Positions 10,587 through 19,725 of a stretch of 64,000 nucleotides of DNA are shown one piece after another (the stretch's first letter is position 1; the number at the start of each line of letters is the position of its first letter). A program made the translations under genes and the position numbers. Under the pieces are notes generated by a model that did no database searches, was not told the DNA's origin, and saw only the letters and a program-made list of their open reading frames with translations. Origin of the DNA: Candidatus Dojkabacteria bacterium (lineage in GTDB: Bacteria > Patescibacteriota > Dojkabacteria > B142 > OLB20); assembly GCA_035444565.1 (NCBI GenBank), contig DAOMOX010000001.1, forward strand, positions 322,335 to 386,334. Reading direction: 5' to 3'.

Positions 10587-12566
10587 TTATATTGCGCAGC
10601 TTAATTTCGGATAATACCTCTGTGCAAATCCTATTCCGGCTGCTCCAAAATCTGCTATATTTAATTTCCCATCTCTATTTACATCTCGACCACCACAAGA
10701 TCCATATTCAACATCTTTATCTGCACATGTATTTTTTCCTGTTCCGTAACTTTTAGCAAACTCTGCAAAATCAGCAATACTAAATTTTCCGTCTCCATCG
10801 ATGTCTGCTTTCCCACATATATTTCCCGTAATTGGTGGAGTTGGAGTATTTGACGCAGCAAGAGGTGGTGTTGGCTTCAAAGTTAGAGTCGGTGTCAATG
10901 TTGGGGTGGACCCAAGACTTGTAGTAGGTGTTGGTGATGTTTGCACTTGTGTAGCTGTCACCAAAGGCGTAGGAGTACTGGTATTGTATACACCGCCGTA
11001 TTCGACTGCCCCAATATCTGGATTTCCTACTCTACTATTTTTGAAAAAATCTTGTGATTTCGCTAACTGTGGAATTTGATATGTAGTATGAGTTGTTGTA
11101 CTAATGCCTGCATTTATTGCTGGACTCGATTGTTTCAATCTGTAATTATTAAGATCCACAGCTGCACGCAAAGCAGTCATGTCAACAGTTGCAGCACCTA
11201 TTGCAGGTATTGGATAATTCAACTGAACCAATGAATTTTGCAATTCCGGATTCGTTGTATAGATATCACCAGGTCCTTTGGTATTGCTTTGAGCAGAAGC
11301 TGGTAAAATATTATTTCTGAATACCAAGTCATCATTCCCACTCAGCGCTGCTTTAATTGTTGCAGAAGGGTCTTTGCTTACATCGAAAATATTATTCTCA
11401 ATTAATCCTGTAATTTTGGAGTCAGACCCATCTCTGGGTGCAAAAACAATATTAAACAAATCATTTGTCTCTTTACCGGTCACTAATGTATTATGACCAA
11501 AATAAACGTTTGTAGTATTCGACGAATAATCTTTATGGTAACCGGAAAAAAGGAAACTGTTATTAAGTATTATATTGTTATAGTAAGCGACATTATTTAA
11601 TCCTGAGGCATAATTTCCCCAACGAGCATCTTTCTCATTACGTGACGAAATGTGCCAATCGTTCTCGTTACCGTTTTTCTTCTCCCAGTGGGTATTTGGA
11701 TTAAGTTGTGATTCAGGAGCCCAGAAGAGATTATTGCGCACAATCACACCATCGGCCCAACCATTATAAAAATTGTTTTTATTTCCAATAATAATATTAT
11801 CTTCAAATAATAGGTTTCGAGAACCCGTCATTGCAATTTCTCCACGTCCCCAAGCAATGATATTGCCTCTCACTACCATGTCCTCACCACTCATATGAAT
11901 ACTAATGTTTACATTGTAGTCATTGCTTGTATATACAGTATATTGATCGTTAAACGAAATTCTTGTAAGTTCATTATTTATCATCTGCAAACCTTTAGTC
12001 TTTCCAGAAACGTAAAATCCAGATACAAAAGTCCAATCAATTCTATTATTTAAAAACTTCGAGTAGTTAACATTCTCGGCAACTAAAACACCTCGACCAC
12101 AGGAGTTTCGCAAGAATAACCCCTCTACCTCAACATTATCAGCCGAAACCGCTACTAACGGAGACCACATCCCTATATTTTTACATTTAGAATCCCAGGC
12201 TGAAACAATATTCTTCCACTCCCCATTAAGTAAACCAGGTCCAAAACCTCCGTCGATAATCGCTTTATGTTTGTTTTCTGCTCTCCAAGTGGTATTGGGT
12301 TTATTGATATTAAAATATGCGCTATATGTACCGTCTTTCAGGATAACAGTATCTCCTGCAGAGATACTACTCATAGCCTTAGAGATAGTCTTCCAGGGAG
12401 ACGAGTTACTTCCGTTATTAGAATCATTCCCATTTGGGGAGAGATAATATACTGATGCTGCGCTATCGTCTTGTGGTGCCCTATCCTGATAAAACAAGAA
12501 TGCGGTGATTGCCAACAAAAAAATACCTAAGGAAAATAATCCTAAAACTACGGCTTTTTCTCTCAT
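10587..12566 (-). CDS. Secreted parallel beta-helix protein with C-terminal dockerin-like module; paralog 3
   Basis: 659 aa. Same N-terminal YYLSPNGNDSN signature. C-terminal 79 aa nearly identical to paralog 2. Confidence 0.6.
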   Translation of the reverse strand: MREKAVVLGLFSLGIFLLAITAFLFYQDRAPQDDSAASVYYLSPNGNDSNNGSNSSPWKTISKAMSSISAGDTVILKDGTYSAYFNINKPNTTWRAENKHKAIIDGGFGPGLLNGEWKNIVSAWDSKCKNIGMWSPLVAVSADNVEVEGLFLRNSCGRGVLVAENVNYSKFLNNRIDWTFVSGFYVSGKTKGLQMINNELTRISFNDQYTVYTSNDYNVNISIHMSGEDMVVRGNIIAWGRGEIAMTGSRNLLFEDNIIIGNKNNFYNGWADGVIVRNNLFWAPESQLNPNTHWEKKNGNENDWHISSRNEKDARWGNYASGLNNVAYYNNIILNNSFLFSGYHKDYSSNTTNVYFGHNTLVTGKETNDLFNIVFAPRDGSDSKITGLIENNIFDVSKDPSATIKAALSGNDDLVFRNNILPASAQSNTKGPGDIYTTNPELQNSLVQLNYPIPAIGAATVDMTALRAAVDLNNYRLKQSSPAINAGISTTTHTTYQIPQLAKSQDFFKNSRVGNPDIGAVEYGGVYNTSTPTPLVTATQVQTSPTPTTSLGSTPTLTPTLTLKPTPPLAASNTPTPPITGNICGKADIDGDGKFSIADFAEFAKSYGTGKNTCADKDVEYGSCGGRDVNRDGKLNIADFGAAGIGFAQRYYPKLSCAI

Positions 12567-12648
12567 TTGATAATTAGTGAATATATTCAGTTTATTATAA
12601 TATTAATAAATCATCAAATCTTAAGTTACTCTAAAAAGAATGACTCAT

Positions 12649-14976
12649 CTACAATGAACAACTCGGTGCTGGATAGTACCTCTGAGCGAACGCTGAAAAA
12701 TCAGCAATAGAGACTTTTCCATCATTATCTCGATCTATTCCCCCGCAAGGTCCGTGGTTTACACCTCTATCTGAACAACTACTTTTGTATTTTCTTGCAA
12801 AATTAGAAAAATCATACAAATCAAACCTTCCGTTACTATCCAAATCTGCTGGACCGCATACAATTGCATTTACATTTGTGGGTGTAACAGTGGATGGTGT
12901 CACAGAAATACTTGGTCGTGCTGTAGGAGTTGTAGATGTAACAGGCTTAATTGTCGGAGTAACCGAGACATTTGGACTAACCACAGGACTCGAAACAGGG
13001 GTGCTAGGCCTTGGTGTAGGAGTATTAGAAGGAGTTGTGCCCCCAGTCTGCTGAGCCTTTACCATTGCACTATGAGCATTAATTCTCTTCCCTGTTACTA
13101 TTTTTCCAGATAGCGCAGGTAAAGGATCCCCTGTTTCTAAAATAATATTTTGCACTTGTGTGGTAGTCAAACTTGGCTTATAACCCCAAATTAAACCAGC
13201 CAATCCGACGACGTGGGGAGTAGCCATAGAAGTTCCTTGAAAAAATTCATATTTATTACTCATTCCATCAGAGTAATGAGCAATATTTAAATCCTCGATG
13301 AAACAGCCCATGTATACGTTATCGGCTGCATTTGTATTCCATACAAACCGTAGTCTCATGTTCTCAGTTAAAAATTTTTGAGAAACTGGCACACTATCAA
13401 AATAATATTGAGATACTCCACTCTCGAGTGTATCCCCGGTTAACGCATCTAGAACATGTTCGTTCCATCTAAAGGCAAAGGTTGGAGCACCTGGGAAAGG
13501 TATAGACTCGAAGTTGATACCATCCGCACTCATTTGTAATTCAATATTATCCCATGGTTCAACTGAATCATATTCCGTATCACACAAGGCAACAAAACTT
13601 ATAGAAGCATTATTCTTTTTCAAGTTTGCTTTTGGAGATGTAATATAGTTATTCGCTTGATTGGTATATGGGGGTGCATCCTTCTCTGTTTTTAATAAAT
13701 TCCCAACAGATTCATCTAGGTATAAAGTTCCCCATTTAGGGTTTGTGCCTCCTGTAGTCCATCCTGTCGGCAAAGCAGGTGCTTGTGCATTATTAAAGTT
13801 TTCATCCATCAATTTCTCATGTGAGACAGAACTATAGATTGATTGTCCAGGAGCTGCTATATCAACACGGCCTAATCCATAATCAGAGAAATCCGCCAAA
13901 CTATCGTTTTGGTCTGTTGCAGCTACGCAAATAATATTCGCCGAGTCGTAGTCACAAGGATATCCACTCAAGGTGTTATGATCCCTATTTGAATTTCCAG
14001 CCGATGCAACGAATAATCCAGGGTATGCCTCTATAGCCTGTTTCATTGCATAGTCATACGAAGGACCTCCAAAACTAGCATTAATAACTTTTGCACCATT
14101 GTATTTGGCAAAATTAATAGATTTGACTATTCCTATAGATGTTAATTCTGTCTTTATTGCCATAATTTTGGCATTTGGTGCAACCCCCACTATTCCATAG
14201 TTGTTATTCTTGGCGGCAGCAATAGTACCTGCAATATGTGTTCCGTGTGAAGAATTAGTAGGCAATGGAATTTTATCGTTGTCTTCGAAATCATAACCAT
14301 ACATACATCCACCTAATGTTTGATTGTTTTCATTTTTACAATTCTGTCCATTCCACATATTTGCCTTTAAGTCAGGGTGGTTATAGGCAACACCCGTATC
14401 TATAACTGCGACAATAATTTCACCATTTATCCCTTCATTCACTGCCCAAGCCTCAGGCGCATCGATATCGGCATCCGCTACAGACGGACTCCCCTCTATC
14501 ACTTGACCAGAATTGTGTAAACCCCAAAGCTTGTCTTTATCGGGATCGTTTGTATTTATTGAAGCATACCTGTAGATATAGTTAGGCTGAACGAATTCAA
14601 CATTCTCATCTAATTTCATTTCGTTAATAATTTCATCAACATTTCTATCAGTTCTAAAGAGTTGCACATTTGAGGATAAATCAGCGTCAACATCTCTAAC
14701 TTCATGCTTATTCATAAACATCCACAGCTTAGGAGCAACCAAGGAAGATTGTAGATTGATTTTTTCCTTTTTATATTTAACAATAAATTCTCCAGGTACA
14801 ACATTTAGGTCTGTATCCTCCGAAATAGATTCTGTTGGAGCTTTTGCATTAACATCGTCAATACCTGCACTATAATTCCCAGGTGAGAAATCTCTAAATA
14901 TAAAATAAGTCGCTACACCTACTACTATTAGGAGGAATAGCCCTAGGGAGAACATTATTCGAACTGCTGTTTTCAT
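12649..14976 (-). CDS. Subtilisin-like serine protease (peptidase S8) with I9 propeptide, Pro/Thr/Ser linker and C-terminal dockerin-like module
   Basis: 775 aa. Catalytic triad motifs DTGVAYNHPDL, HGTHIAGTIAA, GTSMATPHVVGLAGL. C-terminal CGPADLDSNGRFDLYDF...DRDNDGKVSIADFSAF shows the same Cys/dockerin pattern. Confidence 0.8.
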   Translation of the reverse strand: MKTAVRIMFSLGLFLLIVVGVATYFIFRDFSPGNYSAGIDDVNAKAPTESISEDTDLNVVPGEFIVKYKKEKINLQSSLVAPKLWMFMNKHEVRDVDADLSSNVQLFRTDRNVDEIINEMKLDENVEFVQPNYIYRYASINTNDPDKDKLWGLHNSGQVIEGSPSVADADIDAPEAWAVNEGINGEIIVAVIDTGVAYNHPDLKANMWNGQNCKNENNQTLGGCMYGYDFEDNDKIPLPTNSSHGTHIAGTIAAAKNNNYGIVGVAPNAKIMAIKTELTSIGIVKSINFAKYNGAKVINASFGGPSYDYAMKQAIEAYPGLFVASAGNSNRDHNTLSGYPCDYDSANIICVAATDQNDSLADFSDYGLGRVDIAAPGQSIYSSVSHEKLMDENFNNAQAPALPTGWTTGGTNPKWGTLYLDESVGNLLKTEKDAPPYTNQANNYITSPKANLKKNNASISFVALCDTEYDSVEPWDNIELQMSADGINFESIPFPGAPTFAFRWNEHVLDALTGDTLESGVSQYYFDSVPVSQKFLTENMRLRFVWNTNAADNVYMGCFIEDLNIAHYSDGMSNKYEFFQGTSMATPHVVGLAGLIWGYKPSLTTTQVQNIILETGDPLPALSGKIVTGKRINAHSAMVKAQQTGGTTPSNTPTPRPSTPVSSPVVSPNVSVTPTIKPVTSTTPTARPSISVTPSTVTPTNVNAIVCGPADLDSNGRFDLYDFSNFARKYKSSCSDRGVNHGPCGGIDRDNDGKVSIADFSAFAQRYYPAPSCSL

Positions 14977-15092
14977 AAAAGTTTATTAATATTATTAACC
15001 TATAAATGTATCTTAAAATTAAGGTTATGACAATTAATACTATCAAGATAACCATAGGTTTTTTTAATTTATTGGTATGTTAAAATTGATCT

Positions 15093-15491
15093 ATGAAGAT
15101 ACTATCAATCGATCACGGAAACAAAAGACTTGGCATTGCTATCTCTGACGAGCTTGGAATTTCTGCCCAAGCATTACCCACTATCCAGGTGAATAACGAA
15201 GATTTCGCAATTAAACAAATCGTTAAATTATTAGACGAACACAAGTGTGACACAGTTTTGATAGGAGTTCCTATTGGGTTTGAAGGAAAAGATTCTAGCC
15301 AGACCAAAATAGTTAGAGGATTTATTAATAAACTGAAGTCTCAAATTCACTCACCAATTATAGAATGGGACGAAACATACTCCTCAAAAATTGCATCTAG
15401 GAACATCAAGGGGAAGAAAAAACGAAACATTGACAGCGAATCAGCCAAGGTAATACTGCTAGAGTACCTAAGTTCCCAATCTTCAGATTGA
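15093..15491 (+). CDS. ruvX: Holliday junction resolvase-like protein YqgF/RuvX
   Basis: 132 aa. N-terminal MKILSIDHGNKRLGIAISD is the canonical RuvX start. Confidence 0.8.
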   Translation: MKILSIDHGNKRLGIAISDELGISAQALPTIQVNNEDFAIKQIVKLLDEHKCDTVLIGVPIGFEGKDSSQTKIVRGFINKLKSQIHSPIIEWDETYSSKIASRNIKGKKKRNIDSESAKVILLEYLSSQSSD

Positions 15492-15540
15492 CCACATTAT
15501 CCACAACCGATACAATAACTCATCTCTTAATAAAACAACT

Positions 15541-16605
15541 ATGTCAAAAATCATAATATTTTTACTTTTGCTTTTATCTTTAGGGGTAATAGGAGGAATC
15601 CTAGGTTTTTCTTATTACAAAAGCACCTTGGATAATAGCTTAGGTTTGGAAGAAGATAAAATTTTCACTATCAAAGCTGGGGATAGTGTTGAAAAGATCT
15701 TAGATAACCTTGAGAAGGAAGGCATCCTGAAAAATAAACAATTATTTTTAATTTATCTCAAGCTTAACTCGGAAGAAGCTGCGAATTTCAAAGCAGGTAA
15801 ATTTATTATAGAAAAAGACTCAAATCTACTTGAGCTTACAAAAACTTTCCAAGATGCCTCCACCAACAGAGATGATATTGCGGTATTAATTCAAGAAGGG
15901 CTTCGTTACGACGAAATCGCAGATATACTAAAAGAAGCCTACACCGAAGTTCCAGAGAGTAAATTTCTTGCATCGGAGTATATTTCAATTTCGGAGAATC
16001 CAGATGATTACAAATTCACGCAAAATGTTGCGACTTTCCTAGCCGACTACAAACCTGCCAATAAAAATCTTGAAGGCTTCTTATACCCAGAAACATATTA
16101 TTTCTCTAAAACAGCAACTGCACAAGATGTAATTGAAAAGCAGATTTTAACCCTCTCGGAGAAAATTTCCACAGATGATTACAAAGAAATTGATAATAAT
16201 GATTACACATTTTACGAACACCTTGTAATTGCAAGCATGATTGAGAGAGAAGCATTTTCTTCGGACGAAAAAGCCGACATTGCAGATGTAATTTTCAAAA
16301 GATTAGAAAATGGGATTCAAGGAGTAAAGTTGTTACAAATTGATGCAACTTTGCTCTACCAAGCAAAAGATTGGAAAGCAAACCCCTTTTTAATAAAAGA
16401 TGTAGATGGACCATACAATACATACAAAAGGACAGGTTTACCACCAACCCCAATTTCAAATCCTGGTATTGACTCGCTTCTTGCCTCACTATATCCTAAT
16501 AGTAATAATTACTATTTCTATCTTCACGATTCTGATGGAAATATTCATTTCGCAGAAGACTCATCAGAGCATAACGCTAACGTGAGGAAATACATAAATA
16601 ATTAA
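15541..16605 (+). CDS. mltG: Endolytic murein transglycosylase MltG (YceG-like)
   Basis: 354 aa. N-terminal TM. Motifs FLYPETYYF, LVIASMIEREA, YNTYKRTGLPPTPISNPG are characteristic of the YceG family. Confidence 0.8.
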   Translation: MSKIIIFLLLLLSLGVIGGILGFSYYKSTLDNSLGLEEDKIFTIKAGDSVEKILDNLEKEGILKNKQLFLIYLKLNSEEAANFKAGKFIIEKDSNLLELTKTFQDASTNRDDIAVLIQEGLRYDEIADILKEAYTEVPESKFLASEYISISENPDDYKFTQNVATFLADYKPANKNLEGFLYPETYYFSKTATAQDVIEKQILTLSEKISTDDYKEIDNNDYTFYEHLVIASMIEREAFSSDEKADIADVIFKRLENGIQGVKLLQIDATLLYQAKDWKANPFLIKDVDGPYNTYKRTGLPPTPISNPGIDSLLASLYPNSNNYYFYLHDSDGNIHFAEDSSEHNANVRKYINN

Positions 16606-16964
16606 TGAAACTTAAGAAAAAGCTTGGAAAACTGAAATTTGAATTAAATTTGACACGATTTCAGGTTTTTGGCGTTATCACCTGGATTTTTTTAATTCTG
16701 GTTTTACCTATTTCAATAGATTTGTATTCAAAATATAACGCTACAGAAGCCAATGGTTCTACACAAACTCAGAACAGAGTTGCTGGAGCAGCAACAGAAA
16801 GTGATAATCCATTCACATATACAGTTAATCTAGAAGACAAAAAAGAACTCGTATCTACCCTCACCATGGTTTTTGGTGGTATTTCTACTGTGATAGCTTT
16901 GGTCAGCCTCGTTTTATTATTCAAAGAGAATAAAAAAGAACGCACAGGTGTATTTATCAACTAG
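16605..16964 (+). CDS. Small membrane protein, hypothetical
   Basis: 119 aa. Two hydrophobic segments. No recognisable family. Confidence 0.3.
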   Translation: MKLKKKLGKLKFELNLTRFQVFGVITWIFLILVLPISIDLYSKYNATEANGSTQTQNRVAGAATESDNPFTYTVNLEDKKELVSTLTMVFGGISTVIALVSLVLLFKENKKERTGVFIN

Positions 16965-17223
16965 GAAAATTCATTATTATATTGAGGCAACCGTTAGCTC
17001 CGTAGAGCCGATGGGTTCGTTTACCTTGGTAAGGTTTGGGAAGCGTCATCTCGCGAAACCTCCTTCTGAATGTTTATTACAAGAAGGACAGAAAGTAGAA
17101 GTCACTATAGATCCGTACAAGAATACACTCATTAATATTGCGTCAGTAACATGTACAAGGTGTCCGTTAAAAGGGAATGCGTGTAGATATGGGATTGAGG
17201 GTTATAAAAGTAAACCTCTATGA
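16948..17223 (+). CDS. Small Cys-motif protein (paralog A of a tandem triplet), hypothetical
   Basis: 91 aa. Shares ...C.L.EG..V.V.I......L...AS..C..CP... pattern with the two following ORFs. Confidence 0.4.
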   Translation: MYLSTRKIHYYIEATVSSVEPMGSFTLVRFGKRHLAKPPSECLLQEGQKVEVTIDPYKNTLINIASVTCTRCPLKGNACRYGIEGYKSKPL

Positions 17224-17304
17224 ATCTACCGTAACTTCAGCCTCCGATTGACCATTTGACACTGATGATGTATTATCGCAATTAATAATTAACTCTAAAT
17301 AATA

Positions 17305-17562
17305 ATGGGAGAAGATATCTATACAGTATGTTCTATAAAATTTAACCCAAATACTAGGCGAAATGATGTTGAATTTGAGGGTGGATTCACCTCGGACACA
17401 GCAGAAGGTTGTACGCTTAATCCAGGAGAGCAAGTGGGAGTACCTATTCAAATCGATGTGCGAACAGTATTATTTAAATCTGCTGCTGAAGCATGTCAGT
17501 CATGCCCTGTTTTTGATGAATGTGGGAGAGGCTTGATAGGCTCTTATCCAGAAACTGTATAA
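17305..17562 (+). CDS. Small Cys-motif protein (paralog B)
   Basis: 85 aa. GCTLNPGEQVGVPIQID...AAEACQSCP aligns with A and C. Confidence 0.4.
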   Translation: MGEDIYTVCSIKFNPNTRRNDVEFEGGFTSDTAEGCTLNPGEQVGVPIQIDVRTVLFKSAAEACQSCPVFDECGRGLIGSYPETV

Positions 17563-17611
17563 TTTAAAGATCTTAATCAGTTAATATAATTACCTTTGTT
17601 AAATTAATACT

Positions 17612-17845
17612 ATGGCTTTCGAATTTCAGACAGTAACTGCAGTGATGAGAACTCCATCGAATACGCAAGTTCAAATATTGGAAGGTTATTCAGGTGCCAC
17701 TACGCCAGACGGCTGTATCATGGAAGAGGGAAAAATTTTAAAGGTCAAGTCCCCAATAAAGCACGTACTTGTTCAATTCGCCTCAGCAGCATGTAAAAAC
17801 TGTCCATTATTGGATGATTATACAGTAGGAAGTGTTCTCAGATAA
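17612..17845 (+). CDS. Small Cys-motif protein (paralog C)
   Basis: 77 aa. GCIMEEGKILKVKSP...ASAACKNCP aligns with A and B. Confidence 0.4.
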   Translation: MAFEFQTVTAVMRTPSNTQVQILEGYSGATTPDGCIMEEGKILKVKSPIKHVLVQFASAACKNCPLLDDYTVGSVLR

Positions 17846-17965
17846 CTAACATAGTAAGTGCATCTTTTTAGATAGAAAATCGATTTCCCCTTTTCATTTG
17901 TAGTCTACTATTTATTTGCTTCTTTCGATAGAAATACTAAATTAAATTTTTTACTAAGAAAGAAT

Positions 17966-19006
17966 TCACGGATTCACGATAACCTTCCCAGGATAATCAA
18001 CTTCCCCAATACTCATTTCGTATATCAACTTGGGAAAATCTTCTAAGCTGACTTCAAGCGAAACCATCTTTTGAACAGGGAATGCCTCTGGGTATTCGGT
18101 TTTAAGTTTGAAAGCTTCCAGAAAATCATCTCTTCCACATCCATAAGCACCGGCAAGATAAAGTATTTTATTTTCAAATTGTATCTTTTGAAAATCCTCA
18201 TTTCTTCTAATTGAATCAATGTTGATTTCTGAATTTAGATAGGTGTCTGCTTTCTTGGTTCCACCATAAAGAAATACGACTCCCTCCTCTTTAACCATTT
18301 GATGTGCCACATTCAAAGTTTCATCGCTGATAATTGTGGGTACGACTACAACAATGTCAAAAGTATCTTTGTAGCTTTCATATTCTTCCAGTCTAATTAA
18401 TTTAGCTTCTGACAATAGTCCCTGTTCCTTCACAAAGCTTAGTCTCTCATCTCCTCTATTAAATACAGAAATCTGAGCTCCATAATGACTAAATAACATT
18501 GAGAATAATGTTCCGGAATTCCCTGCGCCTATTACTGCGATATTCTTTCCGTTGAATTCGTCGACTTTCATGTGATGCCTTAACACATTTACACTATGAA
18601 CGATGCACGCAAATGGTTCTGGTTGCCATTTTGGGTTTATTGCGGTCTCGGCAGGAATTTCTATCAGAGCTTCGTGTAAAGTATCTTTGTCCCCTGTTAC
18701 TTTAAAAAAGTGTGCATAACCAGTTGTCCGATTCGGAGTAATATTGGGATTAAATGTGACCATAGTTCCTCGCGTATAACCAGTATGTGAACCAGCAAAT
18801 TCTATTTCTCCAATAATCTCATGACCAAACAAAGGTCCTCTATCTTCTGGGATATCACGGGAACCAGTTAATTCTTTAACATCTGCTCTACAAATACCCA
18901 TATAGTGAAGTTTTACTATTACTTCGTTTTCATTTCCTGTCTCGAATGAGTTATCGACAATTTCTACTTTACCATTATTTAATTTAGCAGACTTAAATTT
19001 GATCAT
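17966..19006 (-). CDS. Zinc-dependent alcohol dehydrogenase family (MDR superfamily) oxidoreductase
   Basis: 346 aa. GHEIIGEIE zinc-ligand region and NIAVIGAGNSG Rossmann motif. Confidence 0.6.
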   Translation of the reverse strand: MIKFKSAKLNNGKVEIVDNSFETGNENEVIVKLHYMGICRADVKELTGSRDIPEDRGPLFGHEIIGEIEFAGSHTGYTRGTMVTFNPNITPNRTTGYAHFFKVTGDKDTLHEALIEIPAETAINPKWQPEPFACIVHSVNVLRHHMKVDEFNGKNIAVIGAGNSGTLFSMLFSHYGAQISVFNRGDERLSFVKEQGLLSEAKLIRLEEYESYKDTFDIVVVVPTIISDETLNVAHQMVKEEGVVFLYGGTKKADTYLNSEINIDSIRRNEDFQKIQFENKILYLAGAYGCGRDDFLEAFKLKTEYPEAFPVQKMVSLEVSLEDFPKLIYEMSIGEVDYPGKVIVNP

Positions 19007-19008
19007 AA

Positions 19009-19461
19009 TTATTTATTTAATAAATAAACCACCAACATTAACAGCGCACTCCACCACCCCAGAAAGGAGATAATAAAGCTAATTGTGACATTTCTTTGCC
19101 AACTTGATGGCAAAAGTTCAGCAGATTTCCCCTCTTTTTCTCTTCTTAGGAGAAATGGACTAACTTTAAATGATAGAAATAGACCGTTTAATATTAAGAC
19201 GATTGCAATTATTAGGTGATACAAAGGTATCCCTTCCAAACTTTCATTTCGATAGAAAACTGCTCCCCCTAGAACTGCCAAGGTGATACCTGCCCATATT
19301 AAAGGTTTTGTAACTTTGTGGGTACGCGTGGTGGCTTCTGTCCAATATGATGATTTCCTACCTAGGAATCCATGTAAATCGATGACTGTTACGGCACCAA
19401 GACCCAGGATAAAGCCAGCAATAAACATAAATAATGACAACACATCTAATAAAATTGGCAT
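19009..19461 (-). CDS. Membrane protein, hypothetical (4 TM)
   Basis: 150 aa. Hydrophobic helices. No family recognised. Confidence 0.35.
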   Translation of the reverse strand: MPILLDVLSLFMFIAGFILGLGAVTVIDLHGFLGRKSSYWTEATTRTHKVTKPLIWAGITLAVLGGAVFYRNESLEGIPLYHLIIAIVLILNGLFLSFKVSPFLLRREKEGKSAELLPSSWQRNVTISFIISFLGWWSALLMLVVYLLNK

Positions 19462-19653
19462 TTCATTAAGTTATGATGTAAAGAATACTTGAAACTTGCT
19501 AGGTCGTTAATAGAATGAATTATACAATTTAATTACCTCAAAATGTTAATTTCTTTATTCAACACTTTATAATACTCTATGCTAATTGGTATAATAACCA
19601 ACATTGTATAGTTTCTAAAAGTCATTTGAAAACAGTTATTTAATACTTTCGAT

Positions 19654-19725
19654 TCCGCGGTAGCTCAATGGTGGAGCGATCGGCTGTTAACCGAATGGTT
19701 AGAGGTTCGAGTCCTCTCCGCGGAG
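19654..19725 (+). tRNA. tRNA-Asn (anticodon GTT)
   Basis: Cloverleaf folded by hand: acceptor TCCGCGG/CCGCGGA, D arm GCTC-AATGGTG-GAGC, anticodon arm ATCGG-CTGTTAA-CCGAA (one A.A mismatch at 27:43), T arm AGAGG-TTCGAGT-CCTCT, discriminator G. No encoded CCA. Confidence 0.8.

Noticed and set aside
10679-11079. Small ORFs (10679-10861 minus frame, 10801-11079 plus) inside the dockerin/linker region of paralog 3
   Set aside because: They are alternative-frame or antisense readings of the Thr/Pro-linker DNA (giving GVGV-type low complexity). The main frame is conserved with paralog 2.
19654-19725. Possibility that tRNA-Asn is a pseudo-tRNA because of the A27.A43 mismatch in the anticodon stem
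   Set aside because: All other stems, U33, the T-loop TTCGAGT and the acceptor pairing are canonical. A single 27:43 mismatch is tolerated in genuine tRNAs.
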